Below are positions 27,011 through 40,193 of a stretch of DNA of 64,000 bases, one piece after another. Positions within the stretch are counted from its first letter, which is position 1. Each line of letters opens with the position of its first letter. Both the position numbers and the translations under genes were made by a program. Source of the stretch: Octopus vulgaris (taxonomy: Eukaryota); NCBI GenBank assembly GCA_951406725.2, contig OX597822.1, positions 82,832,001-82,896,000 on the forward strand, written 5' to 3'. Below the pieces are notes generated by a model. That model saw only the letters and a program-made list of their open reading frames with translations. It did no database searches and was not told the origin of the DNA.

Positions 27011-30000
27011 ATTTAGATGATTGGTTAACAAGTACTTATTTCACTGTTGGTTCTTTTGTCTTTAATGCTAGTAGCATTAAATAGAAGATAATTTCCATTT
27101 GTTTTGTGTACATTACTGGCAAACGTGTCTGTGAAAAATGACTGAAATTCTCTCTGAACGTTATGCCTATTATGTCTATGGGCTTCACCATATTATCTTG
27201 TGGAATGGGTTACCAGGGTATCTGGAAATGGTAACTGTGATAGGTTATCATCATTGTTCACTGACATTGACTTCATCTCCTTCTGATCATAAGCTTTGAA
27301 GAGAATCTCTGGCTGAATAGGGGTCTCTGATTTAGGAAAGGGTTTAATCCTTTCACATCATTCTAAAGTTGTTTTTATTTCATTCTTGGCTAATAAGTAA
27401 ATGCTTTGTTGATATTTTTTTTTCCTTATGTGTGTGGCATTTTTCTTTCTCTGAGATATTTGAATATTGTGGTGAATGCTGCAGCTAGGGAGTGAATTCC
27501 TGGTAGAACTGAATTTATAAACCCAGTTTTCATTATTAACTGTTTGTATGAAGGCAGTGAGTTGGCCAATGCATGCTGGACAAAATGTGTAGTAGCATTT
27601 TGTTTTTCTTTACGTTCTGAGTTCAAATTCTGCTGAGGTAGATTTTGCCTTTCATCCTTTTAGGGGCGATAAAATAAGTACCGGCTGAGTAGTGAGGGTT
27701 GATGTAATCAACTAACCCTCATCTCCCCCAAAATTTCAGGCCTTGTACCTGTTTTAGAAAGGTTTGTTAACTGTTTGTGCTCTGTGACCCTTTACCATCC
27801 AGATTATTCTCTCCAATGTGATGCTCATTTATTCCCAGCCCCATCCAGTAGCTTTAAGATTTCACTGACCAAAGTGTTTATTTTTAGAACAACATTGTAG
27901 GTGAGGTGTGAGAGGCTGGATCTGGCTGCTTTGAACTTAAATCAGATGGAATATTTGGGCCGGACATGGCTGGATCTCAGGATGACTAACTTTATCCTGC
28001 CATATAAATGTAGAAATGGTAGAAAGTCTGTTGATTACCACATTTATTGATTTTGTAGAGAATGTAAAAACCGTACATTCTTTTGTTTCAAATGAAAATA
28101 TAGGGTGAAAATACATTGGTTGGATCATTACATTCACTTTGGTGTTTTGGTGAATAAGTAAATGGAATAATAGTTTAACCATTTTAAGACATTTCCAACA
28201 AGATTATCTCCTTTGGTTTTAATTAAGTAAGAAAATATTTGGAAATGTTTTAATAAAATAAAAGGGTTTCTTAGCTTAATGGTACAGAGTGGTCGGGGAT
28301 CTCTTAGCATAATGGTGCAGAGTGGTCAGCCACAATTTTGGAGGTAGAGGGTTCGATTCTTTCCAGTGGTTTGCTGTCCACATTTTCCCTTCTTCTAAGG
28401 GTATTTACCTGATCTTTGAAGCTGTTTTCACAGCTATTCTGCATTTCCTTACTTCCCTGGGAAATAATATATTTATGGTGTGAACATAACAAAAGGCACA
28501 ATGTCAAGATGTAAAGTTTGGATTGAAATCTGCTGCAAAACGAGAGATTTGTATCATAGAACCAGATATAACCCAAGGGAAGTTGACTTCAAAAGGGTCG
28601 ATATAAAATTTACTAATTTACTAAAATAATTAATTAATGCTAATAAGATGAGGACAATAACTTATTTTGAGTCATTGTCTCTTTTGTAAATTTCTTAGTT
28701 TTCTGGCCACTGATCTATAATTCTCAGGAGATTTCGTTCTGTTGGTTAGTCACTCTTTAGTTTTACTGATTGTTTTCTTTTTTTATCTTATATTCAATGA
28801 ATTTGTTTGATTTTTACTGATCTCTTACATTGTTCAGGCAAACAATCGCATCTCTTTTATTCTGTTCTGATCCTTTACTGATATATATTTATTTGATGGG
28901 TCTGCAAAAAGGTGTCTTTTACATTACGAATTATTTCGAGTTATTGTTGTTATGGAATTAGTTCAAATTCCACTTGGGTTGACTCTGCCTTTCACCCTTT
29001 CAGGGTCGATAAAATAACTACCAGTCAAATTCTGGTGTAGACACAGTCGACTTTCCTCAACCCTCAGTAACAATTACCTTGTGCCAAAATTTGAAACCAT
29101 GATTATAAAGCATTTATATATATATATATATATATATATAATACAAATAAGAAAATGGAGAAACAATTTAGTTGGTTCATCAGCTTTCGGATATTAGAAT
29201 GTTGACTTATTTATTTAACAAAAATGAGAACCTTAATAACATACATATATACATTATAATTCAATACATATAAGATAAGAATACAATTATAACAATCTTA
29301 ATATAAATTATTGAAATCATTAAATCTTACAGCTGTTATAAATGCTCTATAATAATGGTTTATATATATAAATATATATATATAAGAAGGGTGTTGTAGT
29401 TCACTGGAAGCATTGTGTATTGTTTGTGAAATGTAATGTGTTTGGAATGGCACAACATTGCAGAGTGGACCATAATAACTGTTATAAATAATTTAATTAT
29501 TCATAGTCTAATATAATATTTCGGAATATAAAAATTCCTTCTTCAGAGATTGCTAGGAAGTAATGGAGTCATGTTTAGACTCAAATACGTAGATGTACTG
29601 CTTATTAGCAATGATTTATTGGTCAATGTTCACTACTCTATTAGTCTGTATATCATATTTTACTAGCTGTTTGTCAGATATTTCTTCAATATTTCTTTGG
29701 TATCTATCTGCTGGTATATATTTTGTTTCCATTTTGGCCAATGGAATTATTTAATCTTGTTAGACTTGTTTATTATATTCCATACTTTCCCAGAACTCGT
29801 GCTTGAACTGCTTTCCCTCCTCCATCTTCCTCCACTTCCTCTTTCAACAAATTTGATAAAATCGGGACCCAGCATCTACTGTAGTTTCTTTGCTTGTCTA
29901 AATCTCTCCATACATATTTTCTGTCTTTCCTACAGATTCCTTCTAAGAAACCGTTATTAGTATTTAGTAATAGCACATCTTTGTGTAATGAATGTATATA

Positions 30001-30084
30001 TATAATTCTTTAAGAGATGTGATACATATATATATATACATATATATATTAGATGAGGGATATATATATATATATATATATATA

Positions 30085-30560
30085 AAAATTAGATAATGAG
30101 GGTAGAAATTGATATTAATCAATTAAAACCAGTGGTTTAGCATATTTAAAAAATCCGAAGATTAAAAATTATATTACATACAAATTAAGAGGAATAACCC
30201 ACCAAAGTGGATTCCTAATATGCTAAAGATAGATGTCAAATCACCTTACCACGAAGTGTGTGTTCTCAAGAAAATTTCAGCAAAACGCCAGAATGTAAAA
30301 ATGAGCAAGACAAATGAAAATATATGAAGTAAAAAATGATTACCTACGTATCATGGTTTCATTTGTTAATATTTACGAATGCAAATATCTGCAAACTCAT
30401 CAGCATAGTATGTCGCTTACAAAACACAATTTCCAGAACTAGACACAGAATGCTCACCTTGCATTTTGCTGACATATTCTTGAGAACACTCTTCATGGTA
30501 AGGCGATTTGACATCTATCTTTAGCATATTAGGAATCCACTTTGGTGGTTATTCCTCTTG
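30085..30560 (-). mobile_element. Penelope-like-element-derived fragment with ~100-bp inverted arms flanking a hammerhead
   Basis: Inverted repeat 30187-30288 / 30461-30559. Embedded between (TA)n tracts and contains the hammerhead motif. Confidence 0.6.
30344..30408 (-). ncRNA. Type I hammerhead ribozyme motif, slightly degenerate
   Basis: Minus strand: ctatg-CTGATGA-gtttg..gatattt..aaatatt..caaat-GAAA-ccatg-ata-cgtag. Helix I ctatg/cgtag, extended helix II, near-palindromic helix III (accatgat, one change from accatggt). Confidence 0.65.
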
Positions 30561-33500
30561 TATATATACATATATATATAGTATTTAGTATTTAGTAATT
30601 TTTTAGTTTATATTTTTAAGTGTTGAGAATCTTATTTTAGTCAGTGAAGTCAGTTTTAATTTCTTGTTCTATTTCTCCTTGTGGTTTTGATTTTTATAGC
30701 GCATACAGAATTTAATAGCTATTTATTAATATAATTAATTCTTTTGAAGATGGTCTTAGCAGGAGGTCAGTTCCTGGCCTTGCTTAGCATCTTGCTGGGG
30801 GCTCAGTTATTGTAATGTTTTCCATGCAGCCCATTACTAGTGGTATGCCAGTTGCTTGTGTAAAACTCTAAAATTATTTTGTAAATTATTTTGTTAGCTT
30901 ATGCACATATCTCTAAAAAACAAAAAAAAAAAAACCCCAAAAAACAAACGAAACCCCTCATCACAGCTGAAGTTTGCTTTATGTATTGTAGCTTCAAGTC
31001 CCACCTATATGACATTGGTGATGCGAAAAAGGGGAAAAGGTATAGCACCATAACTATGCTGGCTTGTTCCTGGAGTGTTGTGTCATTCTGGGAGGGGGTT
31101 GGGCATGGACAGGGTTCGTATGTATACCAATTAATTCCATCCTTTTGTGCTATATTTGACTGTCATTTGCTATTATTCTTATATCATTGTGATGAGTGCC
31201 TTTGAACTGGAGGTAAGCCTCCCTCTGATCCAAGTCTGCAATGTGGTTCGGGTTCTTGGTTCAATCCCAATTCATTCCACTCACATCACTAATATCCCTT
31301 GAGAAAGACATGAACATTGCACACTCGTATAAATTTGTGGTTTTGACCATTGAGAAGAAATGATTATCATCATCATCATTATTGACACAATTAGTATAAT
31401 TAACAGCTTTATTCTTATCTTCAACCCTTTAGCATTCAGATTACTTTGTCAGATATGTAAATCTTATTTATTCATAATGTTTTCAATTGATCGTGCATTA
31501 TCTCGTAGCTTTGGACTTTCTATGATTTGATAGTTTATTTTCAGAATAGCATTGTAGGATAGGTGTGAGAGGCTGGATCTGACCAGTTTGAACGTAAAGC
31601 AAGTAGCATATATTGGCCAGATCTGGCCAGTTACAATGTTAGGGTGTTAAATACAAAGTAAATGTATTGGCTATGAATGTGTGTACAATTTGTGACCCCT
31701 TGACCTGTTTTCTTGTTTTTGCTAACATGGAAAATTCTGTGGGTTTTGTAGGTTTTTATATGACAATTTATTGAAAATATACTACCCATTAAGGCAGCAA
31801 GCTGGTAGAACCATTATCATGTGTGGCAAAATATTTAGCAGCGTTTTGTCTCTCTCCACGTTCTGAGTTCAAATCCCACTGAGGTTGACTTCGCCTTTTA
31901 TCCTTCTGGGGTTGATAAAAGGAGTACCAGTTGTATACTGAGGTCATTGTAATCAATTTACCCACTTTCCTGAAATTGCTGGCCTTGCACCAAAATCTGA
32001 AACCAATATTTAGATTTAGTTTCCCCCTTTCTATACCAAATTAGGAAAAATACCCTCCCTCCCAAATAAATGATAGGGATGGCGGTGACTAGGTTTATAT
32101 TTCTGGTCAGAATCATAGGAAAACATTTTTTGAGAAATTCTGTAGAAATATGGTTAATATGAAAAGAACCACTGCAACAATTATTTTGTATCAGGTTTAA
32201 TATTACTCCATATTTTAACCTACATCTTAATAAATTGTAGAGGTAGGTCATGGATGGCTTCCCTAGTAAAGATTGTTTTTGTTTGTCTGGACTGTTTCTC
32301 ATAAGGTTTTTGTGGCTTGTTTAGTGTCAAAATATTACTGGTATTCTTTTTTCTTTTTGTTTTTAATCTTTCACTTGTTTCAGTCATTAAACTGCGGCCA
32401 TGCTGGGGCACCACCTTGAAGAATTTCAGTCAAATGAGTTATTTTTTAATCCTAGTACTTATGTATCAGTATCTTTTGCCTAACTGCTAAGTCACAGAAA
32501 CGTAAGCCCATCCACACCAGTTGTCAAGTGGTGGTGGTGAACACACACACATACAATGGGCTTCTTTCATTTTCTGTCTACTAAATCCACTCAAAGTTTT
32601 GGTCAGCCCAAGGCTGTTGTAGAAGACACTTGCCCAAGGTGAATCTGGAACCATGTGGAAGTGAACATGGAACCTTGTGGTTGGGAAGCAAACTTCTTAC
32701 CACACAGCCATGCCTATCTTTTTATTGTTGTTGGTTCTGTGGTTTTTGTTAACAGCTTTTGATGTGGCATTCACATGGGGGAATATCCTCCTTTTCCTGT
32801 GCTGTATTAACATCTTCAGTTAGCTTTAATTTCATATGCTTTATAAATAACAATAATAATAATAATTATCTCAAAAGGAATTGATTTTTTTCAAGCTAGT
32901 TAACCATTTTTAACTATTTACAAGATAACTTGTGTTTTTTTCATGTGGTTGTGAGTTCTTTTACTCGAAATTAGGGTTCTCTTTGTAATTGTCTCAAAAC
33001 TGCTTCATTTTATTTAGTTTTGAGGCAGCAGATTATTATTATAATTCTTGTTTCTGTGTTGAATTTTTTCCATTTAGATGGAACAAGCTGATTGAGTGGG
33101 TGTGGACATTTTGATACAGCTGTTTTGGTGATGGCATTTTTGGTAATGGACGATTCTATGTTTGAAGGCAGATGCAAACACATCATACACATGGGAAGAG
33201 AGGGAGAGAAAAAAATAATGAAAGAATATGAAAACGAAAATTCAATAATTAAGATATGAAGTTATCTCCTACTACATGACATAAAAATACTCAGTGAAAG
33301 ATTATTAGTTAATAAAAGAAAAGATTAATTATATTAGTCGATTGAAAAATGTAGCTGTGTTTGGTTTTTTCAGTTGGTAATTATGATCATCCCTTTTGAT
33401 ACCAACGCAGCTAAAACTGCCTCTCGCTCTGTAGTTCTAATGTCTTGTTTTCAAAAGTTCTGAATCCAAATTTTTCACCAAACCTTAGTCACATTTTATG

Positions 33501-34635
33501 TTCCTAATACTAGCTTAATGATAACTACATTATTTTACTAAATTCTTTGTTAAATTTAAAATTAATTAAAAGAGAATCTCAACAAGAATATGGTCACAAA
33601 AGGGTTAAACTTTTTAAGTTTCTCTGCTTGGCTAGTACAAAAGAAAAAAAAAATGGCAGTTTGTAAAGTAGAAAGTAAATTTTCTTGGTGCCATATTGTT
33701 AGCACCACATCACCTGTACCAAAACGTCCCTGATCTATTTAGAAACACGTACAGTAATATCTCTGCTTCTGTCATACCATTTTCATTTTGACTTGAAGCA
33801 TTCCTTGAAAAAGGGAAGTAATTTAATTCTTTGCTCAACTGATTTCAAAACTTCTCTTTAACTGGTGCACCCCCACATTTTTAGTTTAATTCTCTTCATA
33901 CTTTCATTACTTTATGTCAAAATATTGTGGCTGATTTCTTTTTTATGATTAATTCTAAGTTCTTTTACTCGAAATTAGGGTTCTCTTTGTAATTGTCTCA
34001 ACACTGCTTCATTTTATTTAGTTTTGAGGCAGCAGGTCATTATTATAATTCTTATTTCTGTGTTGGATTTTTTCCATGCTGTGATAGATTGGATATGTTC
34101 ACAATATAACTTTTTTCTGTGCATCTCAATCCTGCAATATTTCATTTGCAAGGCCACACATTTCCATACATTTTGCTTTTTACTTGTTACTAAGACTTTG
34201 ATGCTTAGTTACTTCCACTATTAACCCATGTATGTAATCGTCATTGAAAAGCAGTGATACACATCCATTGGTCTATTCACATAGGTAAGAGACTGAAAAA
34301 TCCCTTAACTTGTATGCATTCATACCCATATATGAAACTAAATAATAAGGAATAAACAAATCATTAAAATATAGTGCAGGGTGTTCAAAAAGTCTCTCCA
34401 CAGTGAGTATTTTATTGCAAAATAAATATTTCTAAGATGGTATAAGACTACAAAAGAAGATATTAGACTTTATGAGACTTAAAAAAAGACTTTATATAAG
34501 AGGTGTTGAAAGCATAGTCCATCATTTTCAATTCATAAATTGACTCTTCTACACATGTTTTGAAATACATCTGGGAGAGTCTGATGCAGTATGTACTGTG
34601 TGAAGGTTATGATTGTGTCTTTTATCTCATTAATG

Positions 34636-34810
34636 GCTTTTGGGTGGAAAAAAACCTGGACAGGGGTCACTCAGCTTGTCTGTCGATGTAGAGTGCAGCT
34701 ATCTGCATGAACTGATGCAAATTGCAGGACTCTGTGAACATCGACACCTCAAATGCACATTGCGACCCTGGGATTCTATCATCCTGGGGCTCCGTCTGGT
34801 TGAGAGTTCA
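34636..34810 (+). pseudogene. Degenerate 5.8S rRNA copy
   Basis: ggtcactcagcttgtctgtcgatgtagagtgcagct...aattgcaggac...catcgacacctcaaatgcacattgcg...ggggctccgtctggttgagagt is colinear with canonical metazoan 5.8S (GATCACTCGGCTCGTGCGTCGATGAAGAACGCAGC...AATTGCAGGAC...CATCGACACTTCGAACGCAC...GGGGCTACGCCTGTCTGAGCG). Many CpG->TG/CA changes and no 18S/28S nearby. Confidence 0.88.
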
Positions 34811-34814
34811 TGTG

Positions 34815-35020
34815 AAAGGCAGCAAGCTGGCAGAAATGTCAGCACGCCAAGTGAAATGCTTAGTGGTATTTCATCTGTCTTTATGTTCTGGGTTCAAATT
34901 CCACTGAGGTTTCATCCTTTCCGGGTTGATAAATTAAGTACCAGTTGCATACTGGTGTTGACCTAATCGACTGGCCCCCTCCCCAGAAGTTTTGGGCCTT
35001 GTGCCTAGAGTAAGAAAGGA
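34815..35020 (+). mobile_element. Family-1 SINE directly downstream of the 5.8S copy
   Basis: aaggcagcaagctggcagaaatgtcagcacg...ggccttgtgcctagagtaagaaagga. Further + copies at ~20130-20268, ~27551-27765, ~31793-32010, ~36703-36920 and ~59860-60080. Confidence 0.85.
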
Positions 35021-38000
35021 ATAGATATATAATACATTATAATAGATATGTACAAGGTAGGGTAAAATCCAAGTTGTGTTCCTTTGAAGCATATCTGCTT
35101 ATTCCAGTTATGTGAGGTAATATTAGTTGAAAAATTGTTTGAAGAGTTACTATATATCTAAACAGGAAGTTGGAAAAAGTTCTTGCTACTATTTATTCAC
35201 CATTACACATGTTTCATTTGCTAATAGGAATTAAACAGTTGCACATGGATAAAAATGTGAGAAATTTCCTATTAGAAATTCTTCAGACAGAGAATACCAT
35301 TTCTTACATGTTTATCTGACATGTATGACTTTGTAATTCCTATTAGCAAATGGAACATGTGTAATGGTGAATAATAATACCCACAAAATTTTCCAACTTA
35401 CTTTGAATCTAAATATGATTAAGTATCCTTTGATGCCTTTTCCAAAAGGGGTAATCTTTAAAAATGAGAACTCTGTCTTGTAAATTATCATGGTTTTGCA
35501 GTTGTAGTAGCTTTGTAGCACAGCTGTTGGTTGTGATAAGTAGAAGATGCTAGTCCTATTTTGTTTTCTGTTAGATGGTTAATGTTATAGCTTTTATGGC
35601 CTTCAAATTGCAATTTGACTCTCATTCTAAAACTGCTAGGGTGCATGATATGACTTGAAAGGTTGTACAATGTTAAGCTAATTGATGGTGAAAACTCATT
35701 TCATTACCTAATCGGCTGTTGGAACCATTGAAACACTTCTAGTCTGTAACTTGGTGTTGTGGTCCTTTACTTAACCATTTTATTATTCCAGTCTCGTTCT
35801 AAAGTTGGTAGCATTTGTGGAGCAGCATGGCTGGGACAGTTCTTTTCATAACCACTACAAAACTGGTTCAATTTCATTTGAAAGCTACCACCCCAACGAC
35901 CGTTAAACTGTCCTGTCTCTCCTCACTCCATTCCCTTTTGATCTGGAAGCTACCACTAAGAGACAAGTTCAAACTTCCTTCGGCTGATTTGAAAGCTGCT
36001 TGTCAAGATGAGTGCTTGTTCATAAACCGTTTGTGTTGCTTACAGTAATTGTCATAACATCTTGGATTCAACGCATGATTCTCGCTCATGATTCCGATTT
36101 TCATTCATTAAATTTTGGCTCGTTACTATCATCAAAACATTTTTCATATTCAATTCAAGTTGATCTGTATTGTCTTGTGAATGCATGGTCTTTGCCTATC
36201 AAAATGCGTGCACACACATACTCACACAAACACACACAGACACACACACACATTAAAACACAATCTTTTTTGGGTTATTTTTGTCTTCTTTGAATCTGTT
36301 TTTTTTGTTTTTGTTTCTTATTAACAAAAATTTCTCCAGAGTTTTTTTTTTTTACTTGATGTATTTTCTTTTATGATGACTAATTTTAAAAAAAACTTTT
36401 TGTTGTCTTTCCTTACCACCTTTTCTATAACTGTCTCCTAGTTTTGGTACTGTTTGTCCCAATGACTTTGCTCTTATAATTCTTTAAGTTGCATACAAGT
36501 AATTCAAGAGTTGTGGGCTAAAAATATTGCTTGTTTCGGGATTTTCCATTATCTTTTTCTGTTATTTGTTACTTTTTAAATATTGTTCCATTTTGTACAA
36601 AGTCACAACTAAATATTGAGAAAGAAAAAAAAAAGCGAAAGGGAGGAAAAATAACTTATTCTTTCAAATTCTTTTATTAATTTATTATTATTATTACTAT
36701 TAAGGTGGCAATCTGGCAGAATTGTGACCATCCTGGACACAATACTTAGTGGCGTTTTGTCTGTCTCTATGTTCTGAGTTCAAATTCTGTTGAGGTTGAC
36801 TTTACCTTTCAACCATACATGGTTGATAAAGTACCAGTGAAATACAGGGGGTCAGTTGCCTAGTGAACCTTCCCACTTTCAACATTGTTGGCCTCATACC
36901 TAAATCAGAAACCATTATTACTACAAGGCAGGTGGAGTGCCACAGATGGTTGTCTGTTGCACTAAATACCTTGTGGTGTATAAGTATTTCCTTTTATGTT
37001 GTAAGTTTGAATCCCACCAGTATCCACCTTGCCTTCCATCCCTCTGCAATTAAGAAAACAAGGACCATAAAGTATTGGGCATAGCCAATTTAGTTGGTTA
37101 TTATTCCCTAAATTGACATTGGGTCAGTGTTGAAAACAAATGTCAGAGTGTCAGAAATGTTTAACAGTTTTTTTTCACTTTTTGAAGGGATGGGTGTGTG
37201 ATATAATGGTTAGGGTGTTGCACTCATGACAGTAAGATAGTGGTTTCAATTCCATGCCCGAGCAGTGCATTGTGTTCTGGGGCAAAACAGGTCCTTTTAC
37301 ATTGCTCTGCAAGTATTTTAGCATTTGAGATGTGCCATGCACCTGTTCAGGCAACATTGATTTGTTGGTGGGAGCGAGTTTAATGTACACCACAAGTATT
37401 TAATCATTATAAACGAATCACCTGTGCAGGTTATTCAGAAAAAAGTTGTGGAAGCTGCATCTGTCATTTATGACAGGAAAGTTCACAAAAGAAAGGTCAA
37501 CAATTTCATTTTGTTCTTCTATGGCCCAGATTTAAATCTTGCCAAATCTGAATCAGTTTTCCCCTTTCATGTTGATGAAAGTGCCAGGCATTTCCTGAAG
37601 ATCATTCAGTTGACTGTTTCCACCCCAAACTCCCCAACCTATGGTCTTTTGCCAAACTTAGAAATCATCCTTGTCATTACTAAAACATTTTAGATTGTAC
37701 TAATTAGTTGTTTTTTTTTAATTTTTTCCTCCTGTCTTTGTATTAGTATTTTCATTTGTCTTTAAATAATTTGAAAATTTGAAGGAAAGCAATATTGGTA
37801 AATATTTCATCAAACAGTTCCAAAACTAAGCTGGTAATCCATCAATGTAATGTCATTCTGAATACATCCACATGCACCACACATATGTACATGTGTATAA
37901 ACATTATATATATATATAATGTTTATACACATGTACATATGTATATGTCTATATAATTGTATGAAAGGAATGGTTGTTATCATAACACCTTTTTCAGGTT

Positions 38001-39169
38001 TCATTTCTTCAAACGAAAAAAACAAAACAAGACAAAAATTAATTTCAACCAATTATTTTGATCAGGCTTGTTTTAAAAACTAAAGTTCGGTCAGATGAAT
38101 TATTTTTGTTCCATTGCAAAGCAGTGTGTGTCTTTTATTAATAACCTCCTACTAATCTGTGCCTTCCTTATTAAACTGTTCCATGTATGCATACACACTT
38201 GCATTCTACTAAGAATATAAACACCTGAAGACCTTATATGTGTATGATATTTATCTCACCTGGCACATTTCTAACAGTTCATGTTTCTATATACTTGTAT
38301 AGAGGAAACCATGTGTGTATGGATACATCATTGTAGGGCGTGTATCAATATATATATATATATGCATCACCATTACAGTCTGATTGAAGAATATGGGAAA
38401 TAACAGGTTATAAGTGTTGGTATTGATTATGGTTATTGGAATGTAAATTAAGATTAAAAATAAAAACCAATATGTAGCTGAGTGGTACCGACTCTCCCAA
38501 GTCGTAAGATAGATTTAGTGGGAGTGGGCAATGTGCTGGGGATATTAATTTTTAGTTTCTAAAGACAGTTATTTTCCTAAAAAATATTTTAGCAATCTTT
38601 ACAAGGTTATTATAAAAGTCAAACATTTTGATATATTGCATCAAACATTTTGGTACAAATCAAATACGGTACCATTCCATTGAATCTTTTGAAAAGGATT
38701 CCTTAATTGAATATTTAATTTTTGACCACCTACGCCCTAAATATCCTTCTAGTAGAATATTGAATAAATAACTTCAGGAACTTGAATTCATTTCTATTGG
38801 TAGTGTTTTGTTCTGCCATTCTGCAAGACTTTTATTCCACATCTCTTAGTTCACTTAATTGTGGTGTGCGTGCATGTCATTATTTTAACGAACACTTTTC
38901 CATGCTTGCATGGGTCAGATGGAATTTGTTGAGGGAGACTTTTCTGTAATTGGATGCCCTTCTTGACATCAACCCTCAACCGTTCCCAACTAAGCTAATA
39001 TTTTCCCATAATCAGACATTTTCACATTATTGGAAATGACTGAATCCTTTTGAGGCTTGATAAAATAAGTACCAATTGAGCACTGGGATCGTTGTAATCA
39101 TTACCCCCTCCCCCAGAATTACTGGTCTTGTGCCAAAATTTGAAATCAATATTTATTGCCAGAAACCTA

Positions 39170-39350
39170 GCTGTTTCTTGCAGTAAATAAATCAAATTTA
39201 TTTTCAAAGACCCTTAAAACACTGCTGTGAACTCACAAATTTCTGTTTGGCTTTCATGTTTCTTGCAATAAATATATCTAAAGCAAAATTATTTTCAAGG
39301 ACCCTTAAAACACTGCTGTGAACTCCCAAATTTCTGTTTGGCTTTCATGG
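39170..39350. repeat. ~91-bp tandem duplication
   Basis: gacccttaaaacactgctgtgaactc.caaatttctgtttggctttcatg at ~39209 and ~39300. Confidence 0.85.
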
Positions 39351-39926
39351 ATCTCAAATGGTCTTATATGGACACAGGTTGAGAATCACTAGTTTACTTA
39401 ATGCTTTTGTTACCATATTTCTGTTAAAATGTTCTGCCTTGGTTTCAGTTAGTTTTGAAAATAATGAATTCAAAGCAACTTTGTTGTCATTAAAATGGGT
39501 GTTTTGAATATAAATTAACATGGAATTTTGATGTAAAGTTTTAATTTAGAGCACATTAAAACAGGATGTTTGTATTGTAGAACCAGAGATGGCCTCAGGC
39601 AGCTAGGAGTAAAAGGGTTAAAAGATCATTTAACACTCAATAAATACAACTAGCATTATTGAAGTCCTAATTAATTATTGATATTAATTGCTAGTTGACA
39701 TTCATTATGCAATGCTAGTGTATGTAATACACACACACACTCACATATATATATTGCGTAGTGGCAATTGACTAACGGTCTACTCAAGAGGAATGCATTA
39801 CTACTCACTAATGAGCAATTGGTCAATATAGCAAGCAGTGCTGTGTTAATTGTTGCATAATGATATTAAGCATCCTGTAAATACATTATGTAAAAACAAA
39901 AATCAGCACATACTATGCAGTGTACA

Positions 39927-40193
39927 ATATAATCAAGGAACATGAACAAACAGCTCAATTTATGCTACATATGTTTCCAGTGTGGCCATTTATTCAATGA
40001 TGCACACTATTACATAACATTACTTTATTATGTAGCCACACCATTTCATCAGGCCATGGCATGACATGGATATATGATAATGCATTGTCACGCAATATAA
40101 TGTATTATCCTACATTGTTGAATAAATAGACTTGCTATGGAAACACGTATAGCATAATCTGAGACCCCCCCCTTCATGTTCCTTTATTTAATA
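39927..40193. repeat. Imperfect ~265-bp palindrome (foldback/MITE-like)
   Basis: aaggaacatgaa..ctcaatttatgctacatatgtttcca..atttattcaatgatg versus cattgttgaataaat..tggaaacacgtatagcataatctgag..ttcatgttcctt. Confidence 0.75.

Noticed and set aside
33079-33145. Exon after ttttttccatttAG
   Set aside because: Stops occur in all three frames within ~40 nt.
34636-34810. Functional rDNA unit
   Set aside because: No 18S/28S nearby and extensive CpG decay.
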